Positions 61,820 through 64,000 of a DNA stretch of 64,000 bases are shown in pieces. Made by a program: the position numbers and the translations under genes. The DNA lies in the NCBI GenBank assembly GCA_048416615.1, contig DBFSET010000008.1, positions 48,206 to 112,205 of the forward strand, in the 5' to 3' direction. Source of the stretch: Collinsella sp. (GTDB lineage: Bacteria; Actinomycetota; Coriobacteriia; Coriobacteriales; Coriobacteriaceae). Within the stretch, counting starts at the first letter, position 1. Each line of letters starts with the position of its first letter. The notes beneath the pieces were generated by a model, which worked only from the letters and a program-made list of their open reading frames with translations, ran no database searches and was not told the DNA's origin.

Positions 61820-62479
61820 ATGGAGACGACTGCACGCGGCGATGCACCAAAAACGTTGCGAACCATTGCGTATATCAGCATTCCCGATAGCGCCGATCTT
61901 GAGTTTTTGCTCTGGGACCTGCAGGATGCCATCGCCGCCTATGCTCAACTTTCTGGTACCACGCTCCCCCGCCCGATCGATTTGGAAGCGGATGATGCCG
62001 GTGCAGTCGATGGCATCGTGCTGGCCATTGAAGATGTGGCTGACGATGAGACGTTGGCAGCTATCGAGCGGGCGCTTGAGCGCTTTGGCAGTACGGGAAC
62101 GCGCGTCTATGCCGCGATTCGAGCCGCACAAGAGGGCGCTAAGCAGGCGCGCGTGACCGCCGTTCATCTGCACAAGGCATGTGAGCGCCATGACCAATTG
62201 TGGTGTGGCGGCGTTGTCGTCTGTGCCGGCAGCGGCATCGCAGCGCTTCGCCACTCCCCGCGTATGGGCCTCTTGCGCCGGCCATTTTCCGAAGCGATGG
62301 ACAAGCTCGTAGGCGCCGTTCGCATGGGCTGCTCCGTCGAGCATGCGCAGCGACTTGGCGGCGGCAATGCCGGTAGCGTCGACGTCGACGGCATGGTTTG
62401 CGCCGAGCCAGCCGTGCCCGCGCCGATCTGGCGAGGCGTTCTGAAACGTCTGGGCGCCCATTTTCAATCAAATATCTAA
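61820..62479 (+). CDS. hypothetical protein
   Basis: 219 aa. ATG preceded by AAAGGAGG at 4 nt. Preferred over the overlapping minus-strand ORF 61751..62467, which has no RBS. No family recognised. Confidence 0.6.
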   Translation: METTARGDAPKTLRTIAYISIPDSADLEFLLWDLQDAIAAYAQLSGTTLPRPIDLEADDAGAVDGIVLAIEDVADDETLAAIERALERFGSTGTRVYAAIRAAQEGAKQARVTAVHLHKACERHDQLWCGGVVVCAGSGIAALRHSPRMGLLRRPFSEAMDKLVGAVRMGCSVEHAQRLGGGNAGSVDVDGMVCAEPAVPAPIWRGVLKRLGAHFQSNI

Positions 62480-62480
62480 A

Positions 62481-63044
62481 TTAGAGAGCGGCCCAGTCAA
62501 CGGCTTCGTGCCAACGCTCAACAAGACGCTCCAGACGCCAGGCGGCATTGGCGGGACTTGTCGAGGGTAGGACGATGGCGGGCAGCCCGGTGCGTTCTTG
62601 TAGATAGCGCTTGTAGAGCCGGCCAGCTGTACCACCGTTGCATATCACCTGCTCAATGGGAGCCGCGTCGGTAATGCGCTCGATATGTGCCGGCACAACG
62701 TTTTTGATGCTGGCGTCACTCGAACCCTTAATATCGCAGCTCTCGATCACGTCCCACAGGGCCACACCGCCGTTGAGCAGCATGGCCCGCTTGGCGGCAA
62801 TCGAGGCATCGAGCGTCGCGGGCTCACCGCTTGCCAAAGGATCGCCCTCGTTGGGCGGCACGGGCACACCGAGGCACGCGGCCATCACGCGCCAAAAGCG
62901 ATTCTGAGGGTTGCCGTAATAAAAGGCATTGGCGCGCGAAAGCACCGAGGGAAACGACCCGAGCACCAAAACGCGCGAGTGCTGGTCGAACACGGGCTCA
63001 AACCCATGCTCAATATGTTGATAGCCCTCGTCAGACGCTGCCAT
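62481..63044 (-). CDS. uracil-DNA glycosylase superfamily protein, hypoxanthine-DNA glycosylase-like (family 6)
   Basis: 187 aa. VLVLGSFPSVLSRANAFYYGNPQNRFWRVMA resembles the DNA-deoxyinosine glycosylase family as I remember it. The ATG lies 3 nt after the GH13 stop. Confidence 0.7.
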   Translation of the reverse strand: MAASDEGYQHIEHGFEPVFDQHSRVLVLGSFPSVLSRANAFYYGNPQNRFWRVMAACLGVPVPPNEGDPLASGEPATLDASIAAKRAMLLNGGVALWDVIESCDIKGSSDASIKNVVPAHIERITDAAPIEQVICNGGTAGRLYKRYLQERTGLPAIVLPSTSPANAAWRLERLVERWHEAVDWAAL

Positions 63045-63047
63045 GGC

Positions 63048-64000
63048 CTAGGCCCTCAGCAGATAACGCACCTCGTAGGGTGCAAGCTCAAGGGCACCCG
63101 ACAGCTCGACCGTGGGCGCATCGTCGGCAAGCAGGTCGACGAAGGAGCCGCTGAGCTCGCCAGCTCCAAAGGTGTAGGGCTCGTTCACGGCATTGACCGC
63201 CACGAGCACCGTCGCATCGTCGCAGGCGCGCTCGAACAGCAGCTGCTTGTTCTGGATCACCACGTTGCGATAGGCACCGTAGTTGAGGGCACGGGCTGCC
63301 GCGTCGTTTGCCGAGCGCAGGTGCGCGAGCCGCTTGACAAATGCCGTCAGCTCGTTGGGCGCAGGCTCATCGAGCGCAGGACGCAGCGCCCAATCGCCAT
63401 CGGGGCCGCCCTTTTCGCCGGCAATCCCCCACTCGCTGCCATAGTAGACGCATGGGATACCCGGCATACCAAAGAGCATGCCGTAGGCGGGGCGTAGGCA
63501 GGACTTGTCCGTCAGGATGCTCGCCAGGCGCGGCACATCGTGGTTGTCGACAAACGACAGCAGATGCTTGCCGCGATAAATGCACCACGGGTCACCGCCA
63601 AACTGGCGATGCAGCGAGTGGGCAATCTCGAACATGTTGACCGAGTTAAAGCTGGAGTACAGGCCCTTGTAGCACTCGTAGTTGGTGCAGGAGTCGAGCA
63701 TCTCGTCGTTGACGATCTGGTTGTAGTCGCCGTGGAGCGTCTCACCAATCAGCACAAAGTCGGGCTTGAGCTCACGGGTAAAAGTATGTAGGCGGCGCAT
63801 AAAGTCGCGGTCGAGCATATAGGCGACGTCCAGACGCAGGCCGTCGACGCCAAAGACCTCGGCCCAGCGGCGCACGGACTCAAGCAGGTAATCGACCACG
63901 GCGGGGTTTTGCAAGTTGAGCTTCACGAGCTCAAAATGGCCTTCCCAACCCTCGTACCAAAAGCCGTCGCCGTAGCAGGAGTCGCCATCAAAGCTAATGT
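63048..64000 (-). CDS. GH13 alpha-amylase-family glycoside hydrolase, C-terminal part (gene continues past the right edge)
   Basis: GVDGLRLDVAYML (GH13 region II) and FVLIGETLHG (region III). The reading frame stays open upstream of the ORF-track Met (…FDGDSCYGDGFWYEGWEGHFELVKLNL…), so the gene is truncated by the window. Confidence 0.9.
   Translation of the reverse strand, partial: ISFDGDSCYGDGFWYEGWEGHFELVKLNLQNPAVVDYLLESVRRWAEVFGVDGLRLDVAYMLDRDFMRRLHTFTRELKPDFVLIGETLHGDYNQIVNDEMLDSCTNYECYKGLYSSFNSVNMFEIAHSLHRQFGGDPWCIYRGKHLLSFVDNHDVPRLASILTDKSCLRPAYGMLFGMPGIPCVYYGSEWGIAGEKGGPDGDWALRPALDEPAPNELTAFVKRLAHLRSANDAAARALNYGAYRNVVIQNKQLLFERACDDATVLVAVNAVNEPYTFGAGELSGSFVDLLADDAPTVELSGALELAPYEVRYLLRA

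Noticed and set aside
61751-62467. A 238-aa minus-strand ORF overlapping the 61820..62479 plus-strand ORF.
   Set aside because: It has no RBS, its start lies inside the aminotransferase promoter region, and its composition is Arg/Ala-rich and shadow-like. The plus-strand ORF has a perfect AAAGGAGG RBS.

Overview
High-GC bacterial chromosome segment. Gene content and protein sequences fit an anaerobic Actinomycetota of the Coriobacteriia type, which is inference only. Nearly all genes are on the minus strand.

Layout, left to right:
(i) 1-6.85 kb: a lower-GC3 accessory island. It holds the 5' part of a DUF262/GmrSD-like gene, a 788-841-aa orphan protein with a Gly/Ala-rich membrane-like block, a DEDDh 3'-5' exonuclease, and an AAA/DUF4143 ATPase preceded by five exactly phased 23-bp repeats.
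(ii) 6.9-17.8 kb: an anaerobic purine/urate-type cluster (XdhD-like Mo-hydroxylase, 4x[4Fe-4S] ferredoxin, YgfK, SsnA, NCS2 permease, YheO-like regulator, RidA).
(iii) A U32-family protein plus an RluA-family pseudouridine synthase. Next comes a 430-bp convergent spacer with a hairpin array bracketed by a duplicated terminator, then a DeoR regulator and a Gfo/Idh/MocA oxidoreductase.
(iv) The rplC..rplX block of the S10/spc ribosomal-protein operon.
(v) Histidine phosphatase, CDF transporter, orphan PTS EIIC, a complete type II FAS/ACC cluster (fabH acpP fabK fabD fabG fabF accB fabZ accC accDA) and birA.
(vi) rpsL-rpsG-fusA-rpsJ, an ECF sigma/anti-sigma pair, rpoB-rpoC, galU, rplJ-rplL.
(vii) Aminotransferase, an orphan protein, a hypoxanthine-DNA-glycosylase-like UDG, and the 3' part of a GH13 gene.

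The strongest signals not explained by genes:
- Three homologous long-stem hairpin elements (30105-30279, 47397-47537, 60321-60534). They share a ~65-nt core and have covarying stems, and each sits just upstream of a ribosomal-protein operon promoter.
- The hairpin array at 21.3-21.7 kb.
- The 23-bp phased repeats at 6.67-6.78 kb.
- An alpha-CTD-like helix-hairpin-helix domain fused to the C-terminus of RpoC.

I recognised no rRNA, tRNA, CRISPR array, transposase or integrase. Many ORF-track entries are antisense shadow ORFs of high-GC3 genes and were discarded.
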